Shown here piece by piece: positions 19,355-29,400 of a DNA stretch of 64,000 nt; position 1 is the first letter of the stretch, and each line of letters starts with the position of its first letter. The notes beneath the pieces were generated by a model. That model saw only the letters and a program-made list of their open reading frames with translations. It ran no database searches and was not told the origin of the DNA. Origin of the DNA: Syntrophorhabdaceae bacterium (lineage in GTDB: Bacteria > Desulfobacterota > Syntrophorhabdia > Syntrophorhabdales > Syntrophorhabdaceae). Location of the stretch: contig CAXXUO010000010.1 in NCBI GenBank assembly GCA_963666485.2, forward strand, positions 1 through 64,000, read 5' to 3'. The translations under genes and the position numbers were made by a program.

Positions 19355-21763
19355 ATGATCAAACTCAGGAAAATGTTGAACCCCGGGGCAGTCGCGCTCA
19401 TCGGCGCCACAGACCGGGAAGATTCACATGGTTACGCCGTCCTTAAGAACCTCCTGAAGGCCCCTCAGCGGACGCTTTACCTCGTCAATCCCGCGAAGCC
19501 CGAGGTCATGGGAATGAAATGCTTCCCGTCGGTACGGGATGTGCCCGCGCCGGTCGACCTTGCGGTCATCGTCATCCCGGCCCCCGGTGTTCCCCGCGTG
19601 GTCGAGGATTGCGGACGGGCGGGGGTGAGCGGCGTCATCATCCTGTCGGCGGGGTTCTCGGAATCGGGACCCGACGGAAGGGCGCTCGAAGACGAGATCG
19701 ACAGGATCAGGAAACGGCACGGGCTCAGGGTCATAGGCCCCAATTGCCTCGGCGTCATCGTCCCGCGCCTCAAGCTCAACGCAACGTTTCTCTCCGTAGA
19801 TGTCAAACCGGGCAAGATCGCCCTCATATCCCATGCGCTCGGAGAGGAGATACTGGAAGTGGGGGGGACGGTCGGTATCGGCTTCAGCATGTTCGCATCC
19901 CTCGGGTCCATGATCGATGTCGAGTTCGGCGACCTCATAGATGTTCTCGATGATGACTTCAACACGCGCAGCATCATGATATACATGGAGCATATAAAGG
20001 ACCCGCGGCGCTTCATAAGCGCGGGCAGGGGATTTGCGCTCACGAAGCCCATCATTGTGCTCAAACCGGGCAGGTCGGAAAAAGGCTCCCGGATGCTCGC
20101 CGAGCGGACGGGAAGGCCCATGGGGGACGACCGGGTGTATGATGCCGTGTTCAGGAGGATCGGCATGATGAGGGTAACGGAGGTCAGGGACCTCTATAAC
20201 CTCGCCGAGGTCCTTGATTCGTACCATCTACCCCGAAGTCCCCGGCTCGCGGTGATCACGAACGACGGCGGGGTCGGCATTATAGCGGCAGATGCACTCG
20301 AGGAACGCGGCGGGGAATTGGCGGACCTTCCGGCAGGCCTCAAGGAAAAGCTGAAAGAGATGCTGCCGCGGCACTGGCTGGCGGACAACCCGGTAGACAT
20401 CATGGCGGACGCGGACACCCGCCGGTACAAGGACGTGCTTCGGGCATGCCTTGCTGAAGGTGAGATCGACGGGGTGCTCGTGATATATACCCCCCGCTCG
20501 GCGTCCGATGCGGTCGATGTCGCGAATGCCGTTATCAGCCTGTACCGCAGCACGCAGAAACCGGTCATAGCCGTCTGCATGGGCGGAAAACGCGCGGCAC
20601 GGGGAAGGCGCAGGCTGCTTGCCAATAATGTACCGGCCTATGCCACGCCGGAAGAGGCCGTAAAGACGTATCTGTACATGTACGGTTACCGGCGCAACAT
20701 CGAACTCCTGTACGAGACCCCTTCCGAAGTGGTCGAGACCGACTCTCCCTTCAGGGAAGTCATCAAGTCTGCGATCCAGGAATGCACCGATGTCGGTGAG
20801 CTGCAGCTTGAAGGCAAGTATGTCCTTGTGCTGCTCAAGCATTACGGGGTCCCGATCATCGAGGGCCACGCTAAAGGCCTTACGTTGAAGCTCGGATCGT
20901 ACCGGGACCCGGAATTCCGCTCGGTGCTTGTCCTCGGGGAAGGCGCCAACGGGCCCGAAGGGCCGTCGATCGGTCTGCCGCCGCTCAACCGCACCCTTGC
21001 CCGGCGCGTTATAGACGATATGCCGATGACAACACATGTCAGGGATGCTCTCTATGGCAATCCGGATACCCTGCAGAACCTTGAAGATATCCTTGTCAAT
21101 TTTTCAAATATAATAGTCGATTACCCGGAGATAGAGGCCATGGATATCGGCCTTAACCTCGACGCGCCGGATATCCATGCATCCGGCGCAACAGCGCGGC
21201 TCTCGCAGGGTTTTCGACAGGCGGGGTCATACGACCATCTCGTCATTTCCCCTTATCCCTCTCACCTCGTACGGACAATGCAGCTGCCGGACGGGACGGA
21301 GGTCCTTTTGAGGCCGATGCGGCCGGAGGACGAGTCCATGGGCCGTGAAATGCTGACAGCGCTATCGGAAGAGACGCTCAGGACCCGGTTCTTCGGCGTG
21401 CCGCGGATCGACCATGATCTTCTCGTGCGTTTCTGCAATGTCGACTATGACCGCGAGATAGCGATCCAGGCCCAGGTCGAGCGGGACGGGAAGGGTATGA
21501 TCATCGGCGGTTTCAGGCTGGTGGCGGAAGCAGACCCCGAGACCGCCCAATTTGCCATACTCGTGCGCGATGACTACCAGAAAATGGGGATCGGAAGGCG
21601 CTTGATGCTTGTCATGATAGATGTTGCCCGTGAAAAGGGATTCAAGGAAATATTCGGGATCGTTCTCAGCGACAATAAAAAAATGCTGGCCATGTGCCGG
21701 GGCCTGGGTTTTACAACGAAACGCGAACCCGAAGGGATCACGCGGGCATTGTTGTCTCTGTAA
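19355..21763 (+). CDS. Acyl-CoA synthetase (ADP-forming)-like domain fused to GNAT acetyltransferase (Pat-type)
   Basis: CoA-binding AVIGA, GPNCLG, NPVD; C-terminal LRPMRPED, VDYDREIA, YQKMGIG. Confidence 0.88.
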   Translation: MIKLRKMLNPGAVALIGATDREDSHGYAVLKNLLKAPQRTLYLVNPAKPEVMGMKCFPSVRDVPAPVDLAVIVIPAPGVPRVVEDCGRAGVSGVIILSAGFSESGPDGRALEDEIDRIRKRHGLRVIGPNCLGVIVPRLKLNATFLSVDVKPGKIALISHALGEEILEVGGTVGIGFSMFASLGSMIDVEFGDLIDVLDDDFNTRSIMIYMEHIKDPRRFISAGRGFALTKPIIVLKPGRSEKGSRMLAERTGRPMGDDRVYDAVFRRIGMMRVTEVRDLYNLAEVLDSYHLPRSPRLAVITNDGGVGIIAADALEERGGELADLPAGLKEKLKEMLPRHWLADNPVDIMADADTRRYKDVLRACLAEGEIDGVLVIYTPRSASDAVDVANAVISLYRSTQKPVIAVCMGGKRAARGRRRLLANNVPAYATPEEAVKTYLYMYGYRRNIELLYETPSEVVETDSPFREVIKSAIQECTDVGELQLEGKYVLVLLKHYGVPIIEGHAKGLTLKLGSYRDPEFRSVLVLGEGANGPEGPSIGLPPLNRTLARRVIDDMPMTTHVRDALYGNPDTLQNLEDILVNFSNIIVDYPEIEAMDIGLNLDAPDIHASGATARLSQGFRQAGSYDHLVISPYPSHLVRTMQLPDGTEVLLRPMRPEDESMGREMLTALSEETLRTRFFGVPRIDHDLLVRFCNVDYDREIAIQAQVERDGKGMIIGGFRLVAEADPETAQFAILVRDDYQKMGIGRRLMLVMIDVAREKGFKEIFGIVLSDNKKMLAMCRGLGFTTKREPEGITRALLSL

Positions 21764-21840
21764 AGTGTAGATAAGAACCGGGACGTAATGGACGTGTCAC
21801 TGTCGCCGTCACCCCTGGGCAGAGATTGCGTCACAATCCC

Positions 21841-21875
21841 CGTCACCCCGGCGCAGGCCGGGGTCCAGTGTCTTT
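21841..21875. repeat. REP-like hairpin, single arm
   Basis: cgtcaccccggcgcaggccggggtccagtgtcttt. Confidence 0.75.
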
Positions 21876-21902
21876 GTTTTTGTTTTTTACTTTAGACTTA
21901 AA

Positions 21903-22262
21903 TCAGCCACTGCTTTTCCGGATCTCATACGACTTCTTTTTGAAAAGCCTGGTCGAATATTCCTCGATCACGACCTCGCTTCCGGACGGTTTTTCCTTTT
22001 CCGGCACGGCGATCTCGATCTCCTCGCCGCCCTCGAGCCTTATTTTATAGAGCATAGACCCCGGCTGCTGGCTCGATCTCTTGATCTCGAGGACGCTGCC
22101 CCTCATCACTTTGCCCGTCGGTTTCGGGGAATCAAGGGCGGAAGCATACACGCCAATGATGACAAGACAGATAAGCGGTATCCACAGGTAGAGGAACCGC
22201 TTCGTGCGCGATCTCTCCGCGTCCGTCTTTCTGGCAGGCTGCCTGGCCTTCTTCGATCCCAT
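21903..22262 (-). CDS. Hypothetical single-pass membrane protein
   Basis: MGSKKARQ...FLYLWIPLICLVIIGVYA TM then small beta-rich domain; start reset to 22262 to avoid overlap with pxpA. Confidence 0.65.
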   Translation of the reverse strand: MGSKKARQPARKTDAERSRTKRFLYLWIPLICLVIIGVYASALDSPKPTGKVMRGSVLEIKRSSQQPGSMLYKIRLEGGEEIEIAVPEKEKPSGSEVVIEEYSTRLFKKKSYEIRKSSG

Positions 22263-22349
22263 GGTATCAAAAGATAGCAAAACGCCGGTCGGATGTAAAG
22301 TGATGTCCCCGGGGATGACGGGACCGGGAAAAGATGCTAGAATGTCGCC

Positions 22350-23120
22350 ATGCTGACAATCGATCTCAACTGCGATATGGGAGAATCGTTCGGTGCGTAT
22401 ACGATCGGCAGTGACGCCGAGGCTGTAAAGTATATCACATCGGCGAACATTGCCTGCGGGATGCATGCGTCCGACCCGTCGGTAATGAAAAAGACGGTGC
22501 GCCTGTGCAGGGAGCATGGTGTGATGGTGGGCGCCCACCCCGGCTATCCGGACCTCGCAGGGTTCGGCCGGCGCCAGGTCGCTATGGCGAACGATGAGAT
22601 CATCGACAGCGTTCTGTACCAGACGGGGGCACTGAAAGCATTCACTGACCATTTCGGGATGCGCCTCCAGCACGTCAAGCTGCATGGCGCCCTGTATCAT
22701 CATACCCTCGAAAGGGAAGACCTTTTCGTGGCTATTGCACAGGCAATATGCAAGGCATTCGGTGAGATCACCTTCTTCACGCTCGCAACACCGGGGTCCG
22801 CCACTTTGAAAGAGTCGTGCGCTTCACAGGGTATCCGGCTTGCGCTCGAGGCTTTTCCCGACCGGGCATATACGGATGAGGGGATGCTCATGCCAAGGAA
22901 CAACCCCGGGGCCGTGATCGGCGATGCGGAAACGATAGCACGCCGCGCGGTGAAAATGGTCATTGACCGGGGGGTCACGGACCCGAATGGCCGCCTCATC
23001 GGGCTCGAAATAGATACACTGTGTACCCATGGGGATAATGACGCAAGCGTGAGGGCCGCCCCGCTTATCCGGGAATATGCCCTGAGCGGCGGGATAACGA
23101 TAAAGGCCTTCGGTGCCTGA
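22350..23120 (+). CDS. pxpA: 5-oxoprolinase subunit A (LamB/YcsF)
   Basis: DLNCDMGES, SANIACGMHA, GAHPGYPD, HVKLHGALY, CTHGD. Confidence 0.93.
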   Translation: MLTIDLNCDMGESFGAYTIGSDAEAVKYITSANIACGMHASDPSVMKKTVRLCREHGVMVGAHPGYPDLAGFGRRQVAMANDEIIDSVLYQTGALKAFTDHFGMRLQHVKLHGALYHHTLEREDLFVAIAQAICKAFGEITFFTLATPGSATLKESCASQGIRLALEAFPDRAYTDEGMLMPRNNPGAVIGDAETIARRAVKMVIDRGVTDPNGRLIGLEIDTLCTHGDNDASVRAAPLIREYALSGGITIKAFGA

Positions 23121-23128
23121 ATAGATAT

Positions 23129-23770
23129 ATGACCAGGGAACGGTATGGAGAGTCGGGTATCAGGATCGTCTTCGGGGAGGGCATCGACGAGGCAGCCCAC
23201 GAGATGGTCCGGAGGTTCTTCCTTCATTTTCGGTCAGCCGGCATACCCGGCGTGATCGATATCATCCCGTCCTTCCGGACATGCCTTATTCACTTCGACA
23301 ACGAACGGGTGCGGTACGATGATGTCTGCGAATATATAGATTACGCCGGGGCCGCCTGGCAGGACATGGCGTTGCCCGATGCCGCGCGGATAGAGATCCC
23401 CGTACATTATGGCGGTGACTACGGTCCGGACATGGATTTTGTCTGCTCCTATTCAGGACTTTCCCCGGAGGAGGTCATCGAGATCCACTCGGCGCCCCTG
23501 TACCGCGTCTTTGCGGTAGGTTTCATGCCGGGTTTCCCGTACCTCGGCCCTGTCGACAAGCGGCTTTACGTGCCGAGGCAGGCTACCCCGGTCCTGAAAG
23601 TGCCGAGAGGGTCGGTCGGTATCGCACAGCTTCAGACGGGGATCTATCCTTTCGACTCGCCTGCCGGCTGGCGCATTATAGGCAGGGCAATGGTCCGGCT
23701 CTTCGATCCGGCGACGCCCCCGTACAGCACCCTCAATTTCGGGGATACGGTGAGGTTCGTCAGGATATGA
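23129..23770 (+). CDS. pxpB: 5-oxoprolinase subunit B
   Basis: IPVHYGG..GPD, GFMPGFPYL, GSVGIA, SPAGWRIIG. Confidence 0.93.
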   Translation: MTRERYGESGIRIVFGEGIDEAAHEMVRRFFLHFRSAGIPGVIDIIPSFRTCLIHFDNERVRYDDVCEYIDYAGAAWQDMALPDAARIEIPVHYGGDYGPDMDFVCSYSGLSPEEVIEIHSAPLYRVFAVGFMPGFPYLGPVDKRLYVPRQATPVLKVPRGSVGIAQLQTGIYPFDSPAGWRIIGRAMVRLFDPATPPYSTLNFGDTVRFVRI

Positions 23771-24714
23771 TAACCGTCATCAATCCCGCCTTTCTCTCAC
23801 TGATCGTTGACAATGGCAGGTTCGGCCACGGTCACATCGGCGTCCCGCCATCTTCGGGGCTCGACCGCTTTGCCGTGAACATGGTCCGCACCATCCTCGG
23901 GAACCCCGACGATGCCCCGGTCCTCGAGGTCATGGGCAATGACCTTTCCCTGTCGTTCTCTGAGACAATGACGTTCGCCCTGACCGGGGCGCGGGTTAAG
24001 GCAACGCTCGACGGCGAGGCTGTTAATGCGTGGTCGGCGGTCCGGGCGCCGAAGGGCAGCGTCCTCAAGGTGCTGGAGGTCCTGGAAGGTTTTCGTTACT
24101 ATGTCGGGTTTTCAGGGACCATTGCAGTCGACCCGGTTATGGGCAGCTGCACGACAAACCTGGAATGCGGTTTCGGGGGGTTTCACGGCAGGCCCCTCAT
24201 GAAGGGGGACGTGCTCACGTTGCGCGATATGTGTGAACCCGGGGGGCTTTCTGCCATCCCCGGTGAAGTGATCCCCTCCATGAAGGAACCCCATGTCCTC
24301 AGGATGCTTCCCGGACCGGAGGCCGACCGTTTCGAACCCGACTCGGTGAAGTTCCTGTCCGGCAGGGATGAGGCGCTTGTCTTCCGGGCATCGGCGCGCC
24401 TGAACAGGACCGGTATACGGCTCGAAGGGCCCGCCCTTCAGTTCCGGGACAGGGCAGAACAGAGCATCATATCGGAAGGGATCCTTCCGGGGACTGTCCA
24501 GGTGCCGGCAGACGGGCTGCCGATCATAAACTGCGTCGAGAGAACGATAGGAGGCTATGCGCGGCTCGGCACCGTAATTGACGTCGATCTCGACAGGCTT
24601 GCCCATATCAGGCCGTTCGACCGGGTGGCCCTGAGCGTGACCGACAGGGAAGAAGCGTCCCGCCTGTCGCGGGCGCGCAAGGACAGCGTCGTATTCTCCG
24701 TGAAAAAACAGTAA
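23767..24714 (+). CDS. pxpC: 5-oxoprolinase subunit C
   Basis: DNGRFG...GVP.S..D, RTGIRL, GTVQVP.DGLPII, TIGGY. Confidence 0.9.
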   Translation: MITVINPAFLSLIVDNGRFGHGHIGVPPSSGLDRFAVNMVRTILGNPDDAPVLEVMGNDLSLSFSETMTFALTGARVKATLDGEAVNAWSAVRAPKGSVLKVLEVLEGFRYYVGFSGTIAVDPVMGSCTTNLECGFGGFHGRPLMKGDVLTLRDMCEPGGLSAIPGEVIPSMKEPHVLRMLPGPEADRFEPDSVKFLSGRDEALVFRASARLNRTGIRLEGPALQFRDRAEQSIISEGILPGTVQVPADGLPIINCVERTIGGYARLGTVIDVDLDRLAHIRPFDRVALSVTDREEASRLSRARKDSVVFSVKKQ

Positions 24715-24793
24715 GTTTCAACTTTCCCCTTAATTTTGCGCCTCTAGATACGATAACACCTTTAACAGAGCATTCCACTGTGGAGGGGTTAAG

Positions 24794-26377
24794 GTGAAAA
24801 CATTCATGGACAAATTTTCAATCGGTCAAAAGGCGTTTTTTGCTCCCATTGCGGCGGCGGCGTTCTTTGTAGCTGCCGGCATTGTATCCATGGGCTCCGG
24901 ACCGGGTACGGCCTTCTTCGTCCTTCTCGGAGCAGGGATCGTTGTGACGCTGGCCACGGGTTATCTTACCGCGAGCGCCATGCGGGCCCCGTTGAAACAG
25001 CTCGAAAAATCGTTCGAGGGCCTTTCACAGGGCGACCTGACAAAGCGCATGGACGAGGCGTCCGCGGGGGAGTTCGGGGTGATGGGCAAGAACTTCAACA
25101 CCTTCGTGGACCGAGTCAGCACAGCCCTGTCAGGGGTGGCCGATTCGAGCAGCCAGATATCTTTCGCGGTCAACACCCTCGATGCCACCGCGACCCAGAT
25201 GGCAAAAGGGACCGATATCATCGTGACCGAGATCACGTCGGTGGCGACGGCGAGCGAGGAGATGTCGGCGACGGCCAACGAGATAACGAACAACTGCATC
25301 GCCGCGGCGAGGAGTTCGGAAATTGCCAACAACTCCGCGATGACCGGTGAAAACATCATCCAGGAGATCATCCGCAGCATGGGACGCATAGATGAAAGCG
25401 TCAAAGAGTCGGCGCTCATGATCCAAAAGCTCGGCGAGCGCTCCGACCAGATCGGCGAGATCGCGGGCATCATCAACGACATTGCCGAGCAGACGAACCT
25501 CCTTGCATTGAACGCCGCGATCGAGGCCGCCCGCGCCGGAGAGCACGGACGCGGGTTTGCCGTCGTAGCGGACGAGGTCCGCAAGCTGGCGGAAAGGACC
25601 ACCGGGGCGACAAAACAGATCGGTGAAACGATACAGACGATGCAGAGCGAGATGAAGAATGCCGTCGTTTCGATGGAAGGCGGCGTCAAAGAGGTGGAGG
25701 TAGGAAATAACGAAACGGCGAAGTCGGGGGATGCCCTGAAGGAGATCCTGCACCAGATCAACACCCTGGGATCGCAGATCAACCAGATCGCCGTCGCGTC
25801 GGAAGAGCAGAGCGCTACCACGAGCGAGATCAACAACAACATCCAGAAAATATCGAAGATAGTCGAGAACGCGGCGAAGAGCATCGCCGAAAACGCGGAA
25901 GCGTCATCGAATCTATCGAGCCTCTCGGTCCAGCTCACGAAGCTGGCGAACGAATTCAAGATACAGGACACCAGGTCGTCGGACCGGGCTTCGTCCACAA
26001 AGGAAGACGTTGTCACCTTCGTTGAAAAAGCTGCGGACTATCTGAAAAACTCTCGCGACAAGCAAAAGGCCTATAATGAAATGTCCGATCCGCACGGCCG
26101 TTTCGTGAAGGGTGAGCTGTATGTTTTCATCAACACCATTGAAGGGTACACGGTCGCCCACGGGCAAAACCCGAAACTTGTCGGAAAGTTCATGCTTGAC
26201 CTCAAAGATGCCGACGGCAAGCTCTTCATGCGGGAAATAACGGATATAGCGAAGGCAAAGGGAAGCGGTTGGGTCGAATACAAGTGGATGGACCCCGTCA
26301 CCAGCCGGATCATGGTGAAGATGACGTACTGTAAACGGGTGGGAGATGTTTATATTGGGTGCGGGATATATAAGTAA
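24794..26377 (+). CDS. Methyl-accepting chemotaxis protein with C-terminal Cache domain
   Basis: TM hairpin, HAMP, IAEQTNLLALNAAIEAARAGEHGRGFAVVADEVRKLAE; C-terminal GELYVF...AH..NPKLVG...DADGK...GSGWVEYKW. Confidence 0.93.
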   Translation: MKTFMDKFSIGQKAFFAPIAAAAFFVAAGIVSMGSGPGTAFFVLLGAGIVVTLATGYLTASAMRAPLKQLEKSFEGLSQGDLTKRMDEASAGEFGVMGKNFNTFVDRVSTALSGVADSSSQISFAVNTLDATATQMAKGTDIIVTEITSVATASEEMSATANEITNNCIAAARSSEIANNSAMTGENIIQEIIRSMGRIDESVKESALMIQKLGERSDQIGEIAGIINDIAEQTNLLALNAAIEAARAGEHGRGFAVVADEVRKLAERTTGATKQIGETIQTMQSEMKNAVVSMEGGVKEVEVGNNETAKSGDALKEILHQINTLGSQINQIAVASEEQSATTSEINNNIQKISKIVENAAKSIAENAEASSNLSSLSVQLTKLANEFKIQDTRSSDRASSTKEDVVTFVEKAADYLKNSRDKQKAYNEMSDPHGRFVKGELYVFINTIEGYTVAHGQNPKLVGKFMLDLKDADGKLFMREITDIAKAKGSGWVEYKWMDPVTSRIMVKMTYCKRVGDVYIGCGIYK

Positions 26378-26408
26378 CGGCTAACGGCGTACGGCTAACG
26401 GCGTACGG
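26375..26408. repeat. TAACGGC/GTACGGC heptamer array
   Basis: taacggctaacggcgtacggctaacggcgtacgg, starting on the MCP stop codon. Confidence 0.8.
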
Positions 26409-26435
26409 AAAAGCGAAGCGGCATCCTGAATGAAA

Positions 26436-26473
26436 AAACAAAAGAGCAAGCATTTCAGCTTGCTCTTTTGTTT
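26436..26473. terminator. Bidirectional hairpin between MCP and TPR-CHAT genes
   Basis: aaacaaaagagcaagc-loop-gcttgctcttttgttt. Confidence 0.6.
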
Positions 26474-26498
26474 CTTTGGATTTTCGCTGTTGCCGTCC

Positions 26499-29400
26499 CT
26501 ATTCCCCATACATGACGAACGCCGACCAGAAGAACGGGTGGTTGTATGCGCCGGGCTTTGTATCTTTAAGAAGGGACAGCTTGGCGGCGCGCAGGGCTTC
26601 GAGCTTTGTTTTTTCTTTGTGTATCAGTCCGTCATAAAAGGCGGTCATGAGGTCGCGGGTTGGCTCGTCGGCAACAGACCAGAGACTTACCAATGCTGCC
26701 GGGCTCCCGGCGTACATGACGGCGCGCGTCAGGCCGGTGACGCCCTCCGCATTGCTCAACTCCCCGAGGCCTGTCTCGCATGCGGAAAGGACCACAAGGC
26801 GCGCGTTGAAACGGGTATTCATTATTTCACCTAAGGTCAGGAAGCCGTCTTCTTTGTCGGACGGTATCTGGCTTAAGGCAATGGCCTGAAACCCCGGCTG
26901 CAGGATCCCGTGCGTCGAAAAATGTATATAGGAATACTGGGCCATGTCCGGGGATTTCGCTTTTTCCTCGCGGGCATCGATCCTCAGGTATACCTGGTGC
27001 TTCGCGCCGGTCTTTTCGTATATGGAGTGGATCGCTTCGATCTCCTCGGCCGTGCCCTTGAGGCGCGTCAGTGTTCCGCCCGACCTGAGGTATTCCGTCT
27101 TCATGAACACGGTACCCGGCGACGGGTCTCGGGGCGCTGCCATCTTCTCTTCCGCCGGCCGGCCTTCTTCGGTATTTTCCTTAGCAGCCGCATCTTTTTT
27201 GTCCACGCCGGTCTCGGCGATATATTCCTTGAAGTCATATACGGGGTCTCCGAAACCGACGAAGCCGCCCCGCGTGTTTTCCGTGCTGTGCTGGCTCCGC
27301 AGCACGCCGAGGACGGTGCCCGATTGAATATATGCCAGGGGATATTTCTCGATCATGAATATCTTCCCGCCGTCCTTCCCCGTGGTCATGAGGGCCTCGA
27401 ACGGGAGATATGCGAGGATTCCCTGCGGCACTATTATCAAAGTCTTTCCGTCAATGTATTCCTCGACCGGCTTTACAAGCATGTCGTAGAGTTCGGCTGA
27501 CAGATCATTGCGGAGGCGCTCTCCCCGCTGGATACCCCTCATATTGCCGAGCATTTTCTGCACGCGGCTGGTAAGCTCCCCGTACTGCGCCGGAAGTTTG
27601 ACGATGTTGAGCCCGTTTTTCCCGATGACAAGACACCAGACGCCTTTTTTTGCCATGAAATACTCGAGCAGGACCTCATTTTCCTTAAGGACAGTGTCCT
27701 GCAGCTTTTTCGCTAAGATCGGCTGAGGGTACTCGACAGAGGCATAAAGCGGGTTCTTGTAGCGGATGTCGCGCCTGAGGGCGTCGAGCTTTTCCTGCGC
27801 CGCGTTTGCATCGCTCCTGAGTTGTTCGATCACTTTTTTATCGGGAATCTTTGCCTGGTTCTCTTCGGCGAGGCGCCTGGTCAGCATGACGATCTGGTTC
27901 TCGAGCAGGTCACGCTCTTTTTTTACGTCAGCATCGACGCCTTTTTCGAGGTCAACGCGCGCCTCGGCAAGCTGGTCGAGGAACATCCTGGCCTTCATCG
28001 CTTCAATATACTGGAGGGCCTTTTCGGCCCGGTCCTTTTCGATCACATAGAGGGCTGCACCTTCGTAATGATCATATATTTTTTCCATGTAGCTTCTTTT
28101 CAGCTCTGAAAAAGCGGCCTGTGACCGGACCTGTTCAAATTTTGCAAGCCCGGCATCATAAAGGCGTATCGCCTCCTCGACATCATCTTTCCGGGCGGCA
28201 ACGGAGGCTTTTTTCAGAAGGACGACGCCTTGTGACTCCATGTCCTGCATCTGTCCGTAGAGACCGAGGGCCAGGTTGTAATTCTGGTCAGCCTGTTCGA
28301 AGTCACCCGCCGACAGGAAGACATCGCCTATACCCTGGTATGCATGTCCCTGGTCAACGAGCGAGTTCGCGGCAGTGACAAGGCGAAGCGCCTCCCGGAA
28401 CATGTCGAGCGCGCCCATTCTATTTCCCCTCTCCAGGTAGATCTCGCCGAGCGTCTTGTAGATGTCGCCCTGTCCGATGGGTTCACGTATCTTCTTGTAT
28501 ATGGCCATTGCAGAATTGAACATTGCGAGGGAGTGATCGATCTTTTTGAGCCTGAGATATGCCTCACCCATCGTCCGGTAGGTATTCGCCTGTCCCAGCG
28601 GGGAATTTGCTCTTGTATATAACCTCAGTGCATTCTCATAGTACTGCAAGGCCCGCGGGTAGTCCCCCGCGTAAAAATAGATATCACCGAGGGAGCGCTG
28701 GACATTGCCCTGGCCTAAAGGCTCGTTCGCGCTCACATAGAGCGGCAGGGCCCTGTCGTACATCTCCAGGGCCCGCGAAAAATTGCGGTTGTAATAGCCG
28801 ATGTCTCCTAACCCCTTGTAGATATCCGCCTGGCCCACGGGCTCTCTCGACTGGCGATAGATGGGAAGGGCGGTCTCGTATGCCTCCGACACGGCGGCCA
28901 CATTGCCTCTTCTCAGGCTGAGCTGGCCCATGCGCCGCAGCGTGTCCGCCTGTCCGAGCGGATACCCGGCCGACCTGAACATCTCGAGCGCCTTCTTGTA
29001 TGTTTCCAGCGCTTCATCGTTGTTGCCGGAAAAATAGGCAATGTCCGCGAGCCCTTTCAGGGTATAGGCCTCCCCGACGATAAAGCCGGTCTTTTTGTAG
29101 AGCGCCAGGGCGTTCTTGTAATGTTCCCGGGCATCTTCGACCTCCCCCGTCTTGAGGTCGATATCCCCGGAAGCGCGGTATACATCCGCCTCGCCGGCCT
29201 CATATGACGCGGTTTTGTACCGGGCGAGAGCCAGCTCCAGGGCGCCGCGCGCCGTCTTGTTGTCGCGCAGGCGCATGGCTGCATATGCCATGCTGCGGTA
29301 GACATGCCCTTCTTCCCGGGGCGATTTTTCCCGTGATATTATCTTGAGGGACGAATCGATAAGCTTTTGCGCCGTCGCCCCGTCACCGATCTGGCTGTGG

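Noticed and set aside
22263..22703. N-terminal half of ORF 21903..22703
   Set aside because: Antisense shadow of pxpA
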